Source of the DNA: an uncultured Anaerolineales bacterium
GTDB taxonomy: Bacteria; Chloroflexota; Anaerolineae; B4-G1; SLSP01
DNA: 38,890 nucleotides
Direction of reading: 5' to 3'
Assembly (NCBI GenBank): GCA_964516885.1
Contig: CAZEXX010000002.1
Coordinates: 3,369-42,258 of the forward strand
Under the pieces are notes generated by a model. It ran no database searches and was not told the DNA's origin. It was given only the letters and a program-made list of their open reading frames with translations. Both the position numbers and the translations under genes were made by a program. Shown here one piece after another: positions 1 through 7,713 of this stretch. Position 1 is the first letter of the stretch; each line of letters starts with the position of its first letter.

Positions 1-196
1 TTCGCGCTACGCAGAGGGGCGGTCGATGGTCTGCTGTCCGCGTAGGTCGAAGCGCTGCTTCGACCACCTGCTCAGGCAGGCGTCCTGAGGTTCGCCGGTG
101 CGCGCAATATCTACGCTCTACTCCAGGGAGAGGGGCGAACTAACAGTTCGCGCTACGCGGAGGGGGGAGTACCACTTCGCGCTACGCAGAGGGGCG
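1..196. repeat. Cluster of short dispersed repeats TTCGCGCTACGCRGAGGGG plus a REP-like hairpin
   Basis: TTCGCGCTACGCAGAGGGGCG is identical at 1-21 and 176-196, with a variant at 147-167; hairpin GGTCGAAGC-gct-GCTTCGACC at 45-65. Confidence 0.75.
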
Positions 197-280
197 CAGA
201 TGGGTTGCCTCTGGGGAGGGGAAGGCACGGGCCTATTGGTCGTTGAGTTTGTCCTAGAATAGGAAAGGTACGTAATCGTA

Positions 281-718
281 TTGAAGAACAACTTCGTTGC
301 TGAACAGATCACGTTGACATCCATCGGCACTGTCTCGCGGGATGAAGCCGCACCTTCCGGTGGCGACAAGATCGCGGCGCTGCGCGCCGAGACGGTCCAA
401 CTGGTGCTGGACCTACGGTTCGTCGACGCTCTGCTGGGCGTGGAGTCCGGTGCGGACCTCGTCCTGCTGACCTACTTCCACCTTGCCTCGCACGATGTCC
501 TGCAGGTGCACCCACGGGGTGACGTGACCCGGCCTCTGCGGGGCGTCTTTGCCACGCGGAGCCCCGCGCGGCCCAGCCCGATCGGTTTGGTGACGGTCCG
601 CGTGGTGCGGATTGACGGCAACGTGCTGTGGGTTAGGGGACTGGATGCGCTAGACGGCACGCCGATCCTGGACATCAAGAGCTACTCCGAGGGGTTTGAC
701 CAGCCATGTACGCTGTAG
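281..718 (+). CDS. tsaA: tRNA (t6A37-N6)-methyltransferase TrmO/TsaA family
   Basis: Motifs GVFATRSPARPSPIGL and GLDALDGTPILDIKSY; TTG start. Confidence 0.9.
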   Translation: MKNNFVAEQITLTSIGTVSRDEAAPSGGDKIAALRAETVQLVLDLRFVDALLGVESGADLVLLTYFHLASHDVLQVHPRGDVTRPLRGVFATRSPARPSPIGLVTVRVVRIDGNVLWVRGLDALDGTPILDIKSYSEGFDQPCTL

Positions 719-720
719 AT

Positions 721-748
721 TTGCGTATTTCACAACCTCTGGTAGAAT
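721..748 (+). promoter_or_regulatory. sigma70-type promoter of the pyr operon
   Basis: TTGCGT(721-726)-16 nt-TAGAAT(743-748) with extended TG at 740-741. Confidence 0.65.
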
Positions 749-789
749 TTATCGGGTTTGGGGAGACCCACGCCTGGTAAACAAGCCTT

Positions 790-1845
790 ATGGCAAAATG
801 TGACTACGTTAGACTACCGGGTTTGGTCGACGTCCACGTGCATCTCCGCACCCCCGGAGGAGAGCACAAAGAGGACGTTCGCAGTGGCACCGCCGCCGCA
901 CTGGCCGGCGGATTTACGACCATTCTTGCGATGCCCAACACACAACCTCCTCTTGTCACGCTCGCGGACGTCCGTGCTGCACAACAGCACGCCGAGACTC
1001 AGGCGCTCTGCGATGTCCGCCACTTCGCTGGAGCTTCGGCCGATCACACGGCGGCATTGGCGGCTCTGGGACAAGAAGCTGTGGGGCTGAAGATCTATAT
1101 GGACCAGACCTACGGACCTCTGCGGGTGGAAGGCCTGCTCACGCTATTGTCCTGTTTCCGGAACTGGCCGACCGGAAAAATGATCGCCGTCCACGCCGAG
1201 GACGCCAACATCGCGGTCGCTATCGGTCTGGCTGCCGCGTTCCGACGACCTGTGCACATCTGCCACGTCAGCCGCAAGGTGGAGATACGATTGATCGCCA
1301 AGGCCAAGGCACAGGGACTTCCGGTGACGTGCGAGGTTACGCCGCATCATCTTTTCCTCACCGAGGCCGATGCTGTGCACCTGGGTCCATTGGGCGACAT
1401 GCGGCCGCGGCTGGCGACGCAGGAGGATGTCGATGCGCTGTGGGCGCACCTTGACAGCACGGTGGACTGCATTGCCACCGATCACGCGCCCCACACCCTG
1501 GCTGAGAAGCGATCTGCTACCCCGCCGCCCGGGGTGCCGGGGCTTGAGACGGCGCTACCGTTGATGCTCACGGCTGTGGTCGAGGGGCGGTTGGGGCTGG
1601 ATCGGCTCGTCGCGCTGATGGACACGAATCCACGGCGTATCTACGGGTTGCCGGCGCAACCCGACACGTGGATCGAGGTCGACATAGGTACCACTCGGAT
1701 CATTGATGACCAGGGGCTCCAGACCAAATGCGGATGGAGTCCTTTTTCCGGTATGGCTGTACGGGGAAGCGTTCACCGCGTGCAGCTGCGCGGCCGCACG
1801 GTGTATTGTGAGGGGAAGACGCCCGCTGTTGGATCACCAGTGTAG
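790..1845 (+). CDS. pyrC: Dihydroorotase (CAD-like type)
   Basis: LPGLVDVHVHLR, AMPNT, GLKIY (carboxy-Lys position), HICHVS, CEVTPHHL, DHAPH, PGLET; first gene of the pyr operon. Confidence 0.95.
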   Translation: MAKCDYVRLPGLVDVHVHLRTPGGEHKEDVRSGTAAALAGGFTTILAMPNTQPPLVTLADVRAAQQHAETQALCDVRHFAGASADHTAALAALGQEAVGLKIYMDQTYGPLRVEGLLTLLSCFRNWPTGKMIAVHAEDANIAVAIGLAAAFRRPVHICHVSRKVEIRLIAKAKAQGLPVTCEVTPHHLFLTEADAVHLGPLGDMRPRLATQEDVDALWAHLDSTVDCIATDHAPHTLAEKRSATPPPGVPGLETALPLMLTAVVEGRLGLDRLVALMDTNPRRIYGLPAQPDTWIEVDIGTTRIIDDQGLQTKCGWSPFSGMAVRGSVHRVQLRGRTVYCEGKTPAVGSPV

Positions 1846-1850
1846 TCAGA

Positions 1851-1876
1851 AGAGCCCGCATTTGCGGGCTTTTTTT
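1851..1876 (+). terminator. Intrinsic terminator / candidate attenuator between pyrC and pyrB
   Basis: Stem AGCCCGC(1853-59)/GCGGGCT(1864-70), ATTT loop, T7 tract at 1870-76. Confidence 0.8.
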
Positions 1877-1905
1877 CTGCGAATCACTCAAGGAGGAGAG
1901 AAGAG

Positions 1906-2904
1906 ATGGACTATGTTCAGGATTTGCCACGTTTGTTTGATCTTGCGGATGTGCCGGAAACCGAGACGTCCAGCAATGGCCTGACCGGCCAGGACATTAT
2001 CTCGGTCGATCAGTTTGATCGTGAGAAGCTATCTTATCTCTTCCATCGTGCCCACGAGATGCGCGAGATGGTGGAGCGCGTTGGCAGCTGTGATCTGCTC
2101 AAGGGCTCGATTCTGGCTTGTCTCTTCTATGAACCTAGCACGCGCACCAGTGCGTCCTTCATCGCTTCGATGCAGCGTCTGGGCGGTAGTGTGATCCCCA
2201 TCACCCAGGGCGTTCAGTTCAGCAGTGTGAGCAAGGGCGAGAGCCTCCCTGACACCATCCGCACGCTGGAACAGTACTCGGACGTGATCGTGCTGCGGCA
2301 TCCTGAGGTAGGCTCTTCCGTGCGCGCGGCTGAGGCTGCGCACGTGCCGGTGATCAATGCCGGTGACGGCACGGGTGAGCATCCGACCCAAGCCTTGCTG
2401 GACCTGTTCACGATTCGCGAGGAACTGGGGACTATCGATAGCCTCAAGATCGCCATGGTGGGCGACTTGCGCTATGGACGTACCGTTCACTCTCTGACCC
2501 GTCTGTTGATGCAGTATGATGTCAGCCTGCGCTACGTCTCCCCCGAGATGCTGCGCCTGCCGATGTCGCTAATGAATCAATTGATCGATCGCGGCATTAA
2601 GGTTCGTGAGACCCACGATGTCGCTGACGTCATTGAGAACGCGGATGTGCTCTACGTCACTCGCGTTCAGAAAGAACGGTTCAGCGATCCCTCCCAGTAT
2701 GAGGAGGTCAAAGATTGCTACAAGCTCACGCCGGAGATTATGCAGCGTGCCAAGTCAACCACGGCGTTGATGCACCCCCTGCCCCGTGTGGGTGAGATTG
2801 ATCCTGCGCTGGACGACGATCCCCGCGCAGCCTACTTCCGTCAGGTCAAGAACGGGATGTACGTTCGGATGGCGTTGCTGGCAGCTGTTTTGGGTAAGGC
2901 GTGA
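1906..2904 (+). CDS. pyrB: Aspartate carbamoyltransferase catalytic subunit
   Basis: [40 protein letters not shown]; AGGAGG RBS. Confidence 0.97.
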   Translation: MDYVQDLPRLFDLADVPETETSSNGLTGQDIISVDQFDREKLSYLFHRAHEMREMVERVGSCDLLKGSILACLFYEPSTRTSASFIASMQRLGGSVIPITQGVQFSSVSKGESLPDTIRTLEQYSDVIVLRHPEVGSSVRAAEAAHVPVINAGDGTGEHPTQALLDLFTIREELGTIDSLKIAMVGDLRYGRTVHSLTRLLMQYDVSLRYVSPEMLRLPMSLMNQLIDRGIKVRETHDVADVIENADVLYVTRVQKERFSDPSQYEEVKDCYKLTPEIMQRAKSTTALMHPLPRVGEIDPALDDDPRAAYFRQVKNGMYVRMALLAAVLGKA

Positions 2905-2930
2905 TTGTCAATAGGGGACAAGGAGAGACT

Positions 2931-4337
2931 ATGACCAAGAGTTTTGCTGAGAAGCTGGCAACAGCGATTCGTGTGAATGATTCCCTGCTGTGCGTGGGTC
3001 TGGATCCGGACCCCACGCGCATTCCCGCCACGTTCCTTCCGGACGCCGACGAGGCAACGCGGATCCGCGCATTCTGTTTGCGGATCATCGAGCAGACCTC
3101 GGATCTCGTCTGCGCTTACAAGCCGAATGCCGCCTTCTTTGAGCAGGCCGGCCCTGATGGCATGGCCGCGCTGCGAGATGTGATTGCCGCGGTGCCCAAC
3201 GATATCCCAGTGCTACTGGATGCCAAACGCGGCGACATCGGGAACACGGCCAAAGCGTACGCGCGTGCTGCGTTCGATGTTTGGGGCGCCGACGCGATCA
3301 CCGTGAGCCCCTACCTTGGACGCGATAGCGTGACCCCGTTCCTGGCCTACGAAGGGAAGAGTGTCTTCCTGCTGTGTCACACGTCTAACCCATCGGCCGC
3401 GGATATCCAGCGTCACGGCACACCGCAGCTGTACCAGCACGTGGTCCGGCGGGGCCAGACGTGGGGCAGCAAGGCACAGGTTGGCTTTGTCGTGGGTGCG
3501 ACGCAGGTTGGAGCGCTGAAGGCAATCCGTCGGCTGGCGCCGAACCATTGGTTCCTGTCTCCCGGCATTGGCGCACAGGGCGGCAATCTGGCCGAAGCAC
3601 TGACGGCTGGCCTGGATGAGAACAACAGCGGTATGATTGTGGCGGTCTCGCGCGGCGTCATCTATGCAGCAGACCCACGGGCGGCGGCCCAGACCCTGCG
3701 GCGCCGCATCAACGTGCATCGGGGTGTCGGCGACGCCAAGCGCGATCTGATCCTGGGGCTCTTCGAGGCAGAGTGCATCCGTTTCGGCGAGTTCACCCTA
3801 GCTTCGGGAAAGCAGTCGCCGATCTACATCGACCTCCGGCGGGTGATCTCCTATCCCGACCTTTTCCACCATGTTGTTGAGGCCTACGCAGAGTTGGTGC
3901 AGCCCCTCACCTTCGACCGGCTGGCGGCGGTACCCTACGCGGCACTTCCTGCGGCGGCAGCCATTGCCATGCGGCTGAAGCGGCCGATGGTCTACCCGCG
4001 CAAAGAGGCCAAGGGCCACGGGATGGGCAGGCTGGTTGAGGGCGCGTTCGAGCTCGGGCAGACCGCTGTGGCGATCGAGGATGTGGTCACGAGCGGGGGG
4101 AGCTTGCTGAGAGCCATCGCCACGATGGAGGCGGTGGGGCTGGATGTACGGGACATCGTTGTGCTGGTCGACCGGGAGCAAGGCGGTCGGAATCGGCTGG
4201 CAGAGGCCGGCTATCGTCTGCACGCGGTGCTCACCTTGGGAGATATCCTCAAGGCGCTATACGAGGAGCATCAGATTGATACAGCGACGCTGCACGGGGT
4301 CCAGACTTACCTGGCTTCGTCGCGGAGTGAGCTGTGA
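2931..4337 (+). CDS. pyrF: Bifunctional OMP decarboxylase (N-term) / orotate phosphoribosyltransferase (C-term), PyrF-PyrE fusion
   Basis: N-term [26 protein letters not shown]; C-term [29 protein letters not shown]. Start moved to ATG 2931 (AGGAG RBS). Confidence 0.95.
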   Translation: MTKSFAEKLATAIRVNDSLLCVGLDPDPTRIPATFLPDADEATRIRAFCLRIIEQTSDLVCAYKPNAAFFEQAGPDGMAALRDVIAAVPNDIPVLLDAKRGDIGNTAKAYARAAFDVWGADAITVSPYLGRDSVTPFLAYEGKSVFLLCHTSNPSAADIQRHGTPQLYQHVVRRGQTWGSKAQVGFVVGATQVGALKAIRRLAPNHWFLSPGIGAQGGNLAEALTAGLDENNSGMIVAVSRGVIYAADPRAAAQTLRRRINVHRGVGDAKRDLILGLFEAECIRFGEFTLASGKQSPIYIDLRRVISYPDLFHHVVEAYAELVQPLTFDRLAAVPYAALPAAAAIAMRLKRPMVYPRKEAKGHGMGRLVEGAFELGQTAVAIEDVVTSGGSLLRAIATMEAVGLDVRDIVVLVDREQGGRNRLAEAGYRLHAVLTLGDILKALYEEHQIDTATLHGVQTYLASSRSEL

Positions 4338-5266
4338 CCACGTGTGATCTGACGTGCTGTCTGCCGGGGGTGCGTCTACGCACCCCAATAGTTCTGGCTT
4401 CGGGGATCCTGGGAACCAGCGCATCTCTACTGGTGCGGGCGGCCAAGGCCGGTGCCGGGGCCGTCACGACCAAGAGCGTGGGTCCTGCACCGCGTGCCGG
4501 TCATCCAAACCCGGTCGCCGTTGACTGGGGCCACGGCATCATCAACGCGATCGGGCTCAGCAATCCGGGAGCCGAAGAAGAGGTGGTGCTGCTGACAGAG
4601 GCCAAGGTGCTGCTGGCGGCGATGGGTGTGCCGCTGATTGCCAGCATCTTCGGGGGGACCGTTGAGGAGTACGGCCAGGTGGCCCGGACGATCGCGACAG
4701 CGCAGCCTGATCTGATCGAGGTGAATATCTCCTGCCCCAACGTGGCCGATGACTTCGGCACGCCCTTTGCCGCCAGCTGCGAGAGCGCCGCAGCGGTCAC
4801 CGCAGCGGTTAAGGCCGCTGTGGGGGGGGTGCCGATCAGCGTGAAGTTGGCGCCCAATGTCCCCAGCATCGGCCGCATTGCGCAGGCCGTGGTCGAGGCC
4901 GGTGCCGACGCCATCACGGCCATCAACACAATGCCCGGGATGGTCATCGACGCTGAGGCGGGACGCCCGGTGCTCTCCAATCACACGGGTGGCATCTCCG
5001 GTCCGGCGCTCAAACCCATCGCGCTCCGCTGCGTGGCCGAAGTGGCATCCGCCGTGGACGTTCCCATAATCGGCACAGGGGGCGTCACCACAGGGCGGGA
5101 TGCCGCCGAGATGCTGATGGCCGGTGCCACGGTGGTCGGGGTAGGGTCGGTGGTCTGGTACCGGGGCGCCGAGGCCCTGGGGGAGATTGTGTCCGAGTTG
5201 GCTGCGTTTATGGTTGCGCAGGGCTACCGGACGCTGGACGAATTCCGCGGGCTGGCCCGCCGGTGA
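4334..5266 (+). CDS. pyrD: Dihydroorotate dehydrogenase, family 1B catalytic subunit
   Basis: [32 protein letters not shown]; GTGA overlap with the upstream gene. Confidence 0.95.
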   Translation: MTTCDLTCCLPGVRLRTPIVLASGILGTSASLLVRAAKAGAGAVTTKSVGPAPRAGHPNPVAVDWGHGIINAIGLSNPGAEEEVVLLTEAKVLLAAMGVPLIASIFGGTVEEYGQVARTIATAQPDLIEVNISCPNVADDFGTPFAASCESAAAVTAAVKAAVGGVPISVKLAPNVPSIGRIAQAVVEAGADAITAINTMPGMVIDAEAGRPVLSNHTGGISGPALKPIALRCVAEVASAVDVPIIGTGGVTTGRDAAEMLMAGATVVGVGSVVWYRGAEALGEIVSELAAFMVAQGYRTLDEFRGLARR

Positions 5267-5274
5267 GGGGACAT

Positions 5275-6000
5275 ATGCACCAGACCTTCACGGTTGCTGA
5301 GATTCGTAGCGAAAACTACCGCACGAAGACCTTGGTTTTTGAGCGTGCACTGCTGTCGGAACCGGGGCAGTTTGTCATGGCGTGGCTTCCCGATGTCGAT
5401 GAGAGACCCTACAGCATCGCCGGGGCCGATCCCTTCTCGATGACGGTGGTCGCCGTCGGCCCGTTCAGCGAGGCCCTGCACGCTCTGCAACCGGGGGATC
5501 GTGTGTGGATCCGCGGCCCGCTGGGACAGGGCTTCCGGCTGCCTCAACAGCCGGGCCAGCACATCCTGCTGGCCGGCGGCGGGTACGGTGTCGCACCTCT
5601 GTACTTCCTGGCGCAGCGGGCCGTTGCGTTGGGGGTGACCTTCGAGGTCTGCATCGGGGCGCGGACCGCGGATGACGTGCTGTTGGCGGATGCATTTGGG
5701 CGCTTGGGCGCCGCTGTGCACGTGATGACGGACGATGGCACCCTTGGTCGCCAGGGGCTGGTGACGGCGGCGGTTGAGGCCGCGATGGGAGTGCGCACTC
5801 CTGCAGCCGTCTATGGCTGCGGCCCGGTGCCGATGCTGGAGGCGGTCGAGTTGTTGTGCCGCAGCCACGGGATCCCTCACCAGCTATCGTGGGAGGCGCG
5901 GATGCGTTGTGGCATGGGGCTCTGCGGTGAGTGCGAGGTCCACGGGCGCGAGAAGGATGGATGGTTGGCGTGCGTGGACGGGCCGGTGTCGGTGGGGTAG
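5275..6000 (+). CDS. pyrK: Dihydroorotate dehydrogenase electron transfer subunit
   Basis: PGQFVM, RPYSI, GGGYGVAPL, YGCGP, MRCGMGLCGEC...C [2Fe-2S] motif. Confidence 0.93.
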   Translation: MHQTFTVAEIRSENYRTKTLVFERALLSEPGQFVMAWLPDVDERPYSIAGADPFSMTVVAVGPFSEALHALQPGDRVWIRGPLGQGFRLPQQPGQHILLAGGGYGVAPLYFLAQRAVALGVTFEVCIGARTADDVLLADAFGRLGAAVHVMTDDGTLGRQGLVTAAVEAAMGVRTPAAVYGCGPVPMLEAVELLCRSHGIPHQLSWEARMRCGMGLCGECEVHGREKDGWLACVDGPVSVG

Positions 6001-6057
6001 AAGCTGGACACTGGATGCTGGGAGATGGCCCAGGTTCCGTGCCATTGTGAAGAGCGC

Positions 6058-6083
6058 GCGCGGCGACAACTTCATCGCCGCGC
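6058..6083. terminator. GC hairpin between convergent pyrK and phoA
   Basis: GCGCGGCGA / TCGCCGCGC stem; no U-tract. Confidence 0.4.
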
Positions 6084-6135
6084 TGCGTGTCGGGTGCACT
6101 CGTGTGTACGAACAGGTCCGGCGCCGCCCCGCGCT

Positions 6136-7377
6136 CTACTCGGCGCAGATCACGGGAAGCCACATTGCATAGGTGAACAGGGTCCGGCGCATCATGTCAA
6201 AGACGTGCGTGTTCTCGTGCGTGCCTACTAGTCGGTCGGCCAAGTTCCCCTGGGCTGTGACGGGCACATCCTGCGCCGTGTGCGAAGTCGTCGTCCAGGT
6301 GACCCAGAACGGCGTGGCATCGGGCATGGTGAAGGGGCCGTCCTCGGTCAGCGCACCGGATGGCGTCAAGCGCAGCCCCATCCCCCCGGTCTCGTGGTCG
6401 GCGGTGACGATGATCAGCGGCGCAACTGCAGCCTGTTGGGCGTATGCCTGCGCTACGCTCACGGCTTCGTCCAGGGCAAGCACATCCGAGATGACCAATG
6501 TGGCGTCATTGGCGTGCGCGGCCCAATCGATCTGCCCCCCTTCCACCATCAAGAAGAAGCCGTCGGGATCCTGGGACAAAGTGTCGATCGCTGTCTGAGT
6601 CATCTGCGCCAGCGATGGTGTATGCGGACGACCCATACCCTCGTCAGCGAAGAGCCCGAGCAGATGCGTGGTTGTCGTCGGGACCGACGTGAGCGCCCCC
6701 GGTTGGCACACATAGGTATAGCCGGCGCTGACCATCTCGGTGATCAGATTCCTGCCATCCTGCCGCTCGCCGATCTCGCTGAAGCAGCCGGTCTCGTAGT
6801 CCGGCAGGAATTCATCCTCGCCGCCGCCCAACAACACGTTGATGCCGGCGCCCGCCATCTGCGCCGCGATCTCCGTCATCTTGGCGCGGCTGTCCACGTG
6901 CGCGGCAAAACTGGCGGGGGTAGCGTGTGCCAGCTGTGTGGTTGATACCAGTCCCACGGACATAGCCTTCATCTGGGCCAACTCAAGGATGGTGATCAGA
7001 TTGTTGCCTTGGGGATCTTGGGCGATCATCCCATTGTTGGTCTTGACACCGGTCGCCAGTGCTGTGCCGGCGGCGGCTGAATCTGTGACCGTGGAATTCG
7101 CCGATCCGGTGCGCAGGGCGCCGTGGGTCGGCAGCGCGTCCGTCTGCAGCGCGTCCGCTTCGCCCACCACCTGCCACTGTGCTGCCTGGCGGTGCCCTGA
7201 TCCCATGCCGTCCCCGACAAAGAGGATGATGGATTGCGGCAACGTGGCCGGCACGACCGATGGCGCAACATACTGCGACTGAGCCGCAGACTTCGCAGTC
7301 AGCGTCGAGCCGGGAGATATGAATACCGCGATAGCTACTGCGGCGCAGATGGTGATAGCGAGTTTGCGTAACGCCAT
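6136..7377 (-). CDS. phoA: Secreted alkaline phosphatase
   Basis: Signal peptide; GDGMG, TDSAAAGTA (catalytic Ser), HATPA, EGGQIDWAAHAND, TADHETGG; GGAGG RBS before ATG 7377. Confidence 0.92.
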   Translation of the reverse strand: MALRKLAITICAAVAIAVFISPGSTLTAKSAAQSQYVAPSVVPATLPQSIILFVGDGMGSGHRQAAQWQVVGEADALQTDALPTHGALRTGSANSTVTDSAAAGTALATGVKTNNGMIAQDPQGNNLITILELAQMKAMSVGLVSTTQLAHATPASFAAHVDSRAKMTEIAAQMAGAGINVLLGGGEDEFLPDYETGCFSEIGERQDGRNLITEMVSAGYTYVCQPGALTSVPTTTTHLLGLFADEGMGRPHTPSLAQMTQTAIDTLSQDPDGFFLMVEGGQIDWAAHANDATLVISDVLALDEAVSVAQAYAQQAAVAPLIIVTADHETGGMGLRLTPSGALTEDGPFTMPDATPFWVTWTTTSHTAQDVPVTAQGNLADRLVGTHENTHVFDMMRRTLFTYAMWLPVICAE

Positions 7378-7613
7378 GCGCGTCCCTCCGCTGTGCACGC
7401 CTCGGGCGGGGCCCGTACAGCGCTCAGTATGGGTGGAAGCGTAATATCTTCCGATAACTGCTATTCTATCAGAGTTCTACCGGCCGCGTAAGGGTAGCCC
7501 GGCCTCCCCCTTTTCTTTTTTCCCCCGGAGGGGGCAAAGCAGAGGCTTCACCGCTACTCTTGATCAGTGGCCTAATCTAGTATTATGAAACACGCCCCTG
7601 CCGGTCTCGGCTG

Positions 7614-7641
7614 TTGCCCCTTTGCCGCCTCGTGCTAGACT
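7614..7641 (+). promoter_or_regulatory. Putative promoter of the MalT-like regulator
   Basis: TTGCCC-16 nt-TAGACT with extended TG. Confidence 0.45.
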
Positions 7642-7713
7642 TGACCGAAGGTTTGGCCTGCTGTGCCGGCAGGACTGAAGTCACAATTGGGCCAATATCG
7701 TGAGGATATGGCT

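Noticed and set aside
1-196. CRISPR array
   Set aside because: Only three copies, irregular spacing (one gap of about 8 nt), and no cas genes
754-769. pyrC leader hairpin as an SD-sequestering, start-site-switching control
   Set aside because: The GGGGAG in the hairpin is about 25 nt from the ATG, too far to be its SD; the stem is weak
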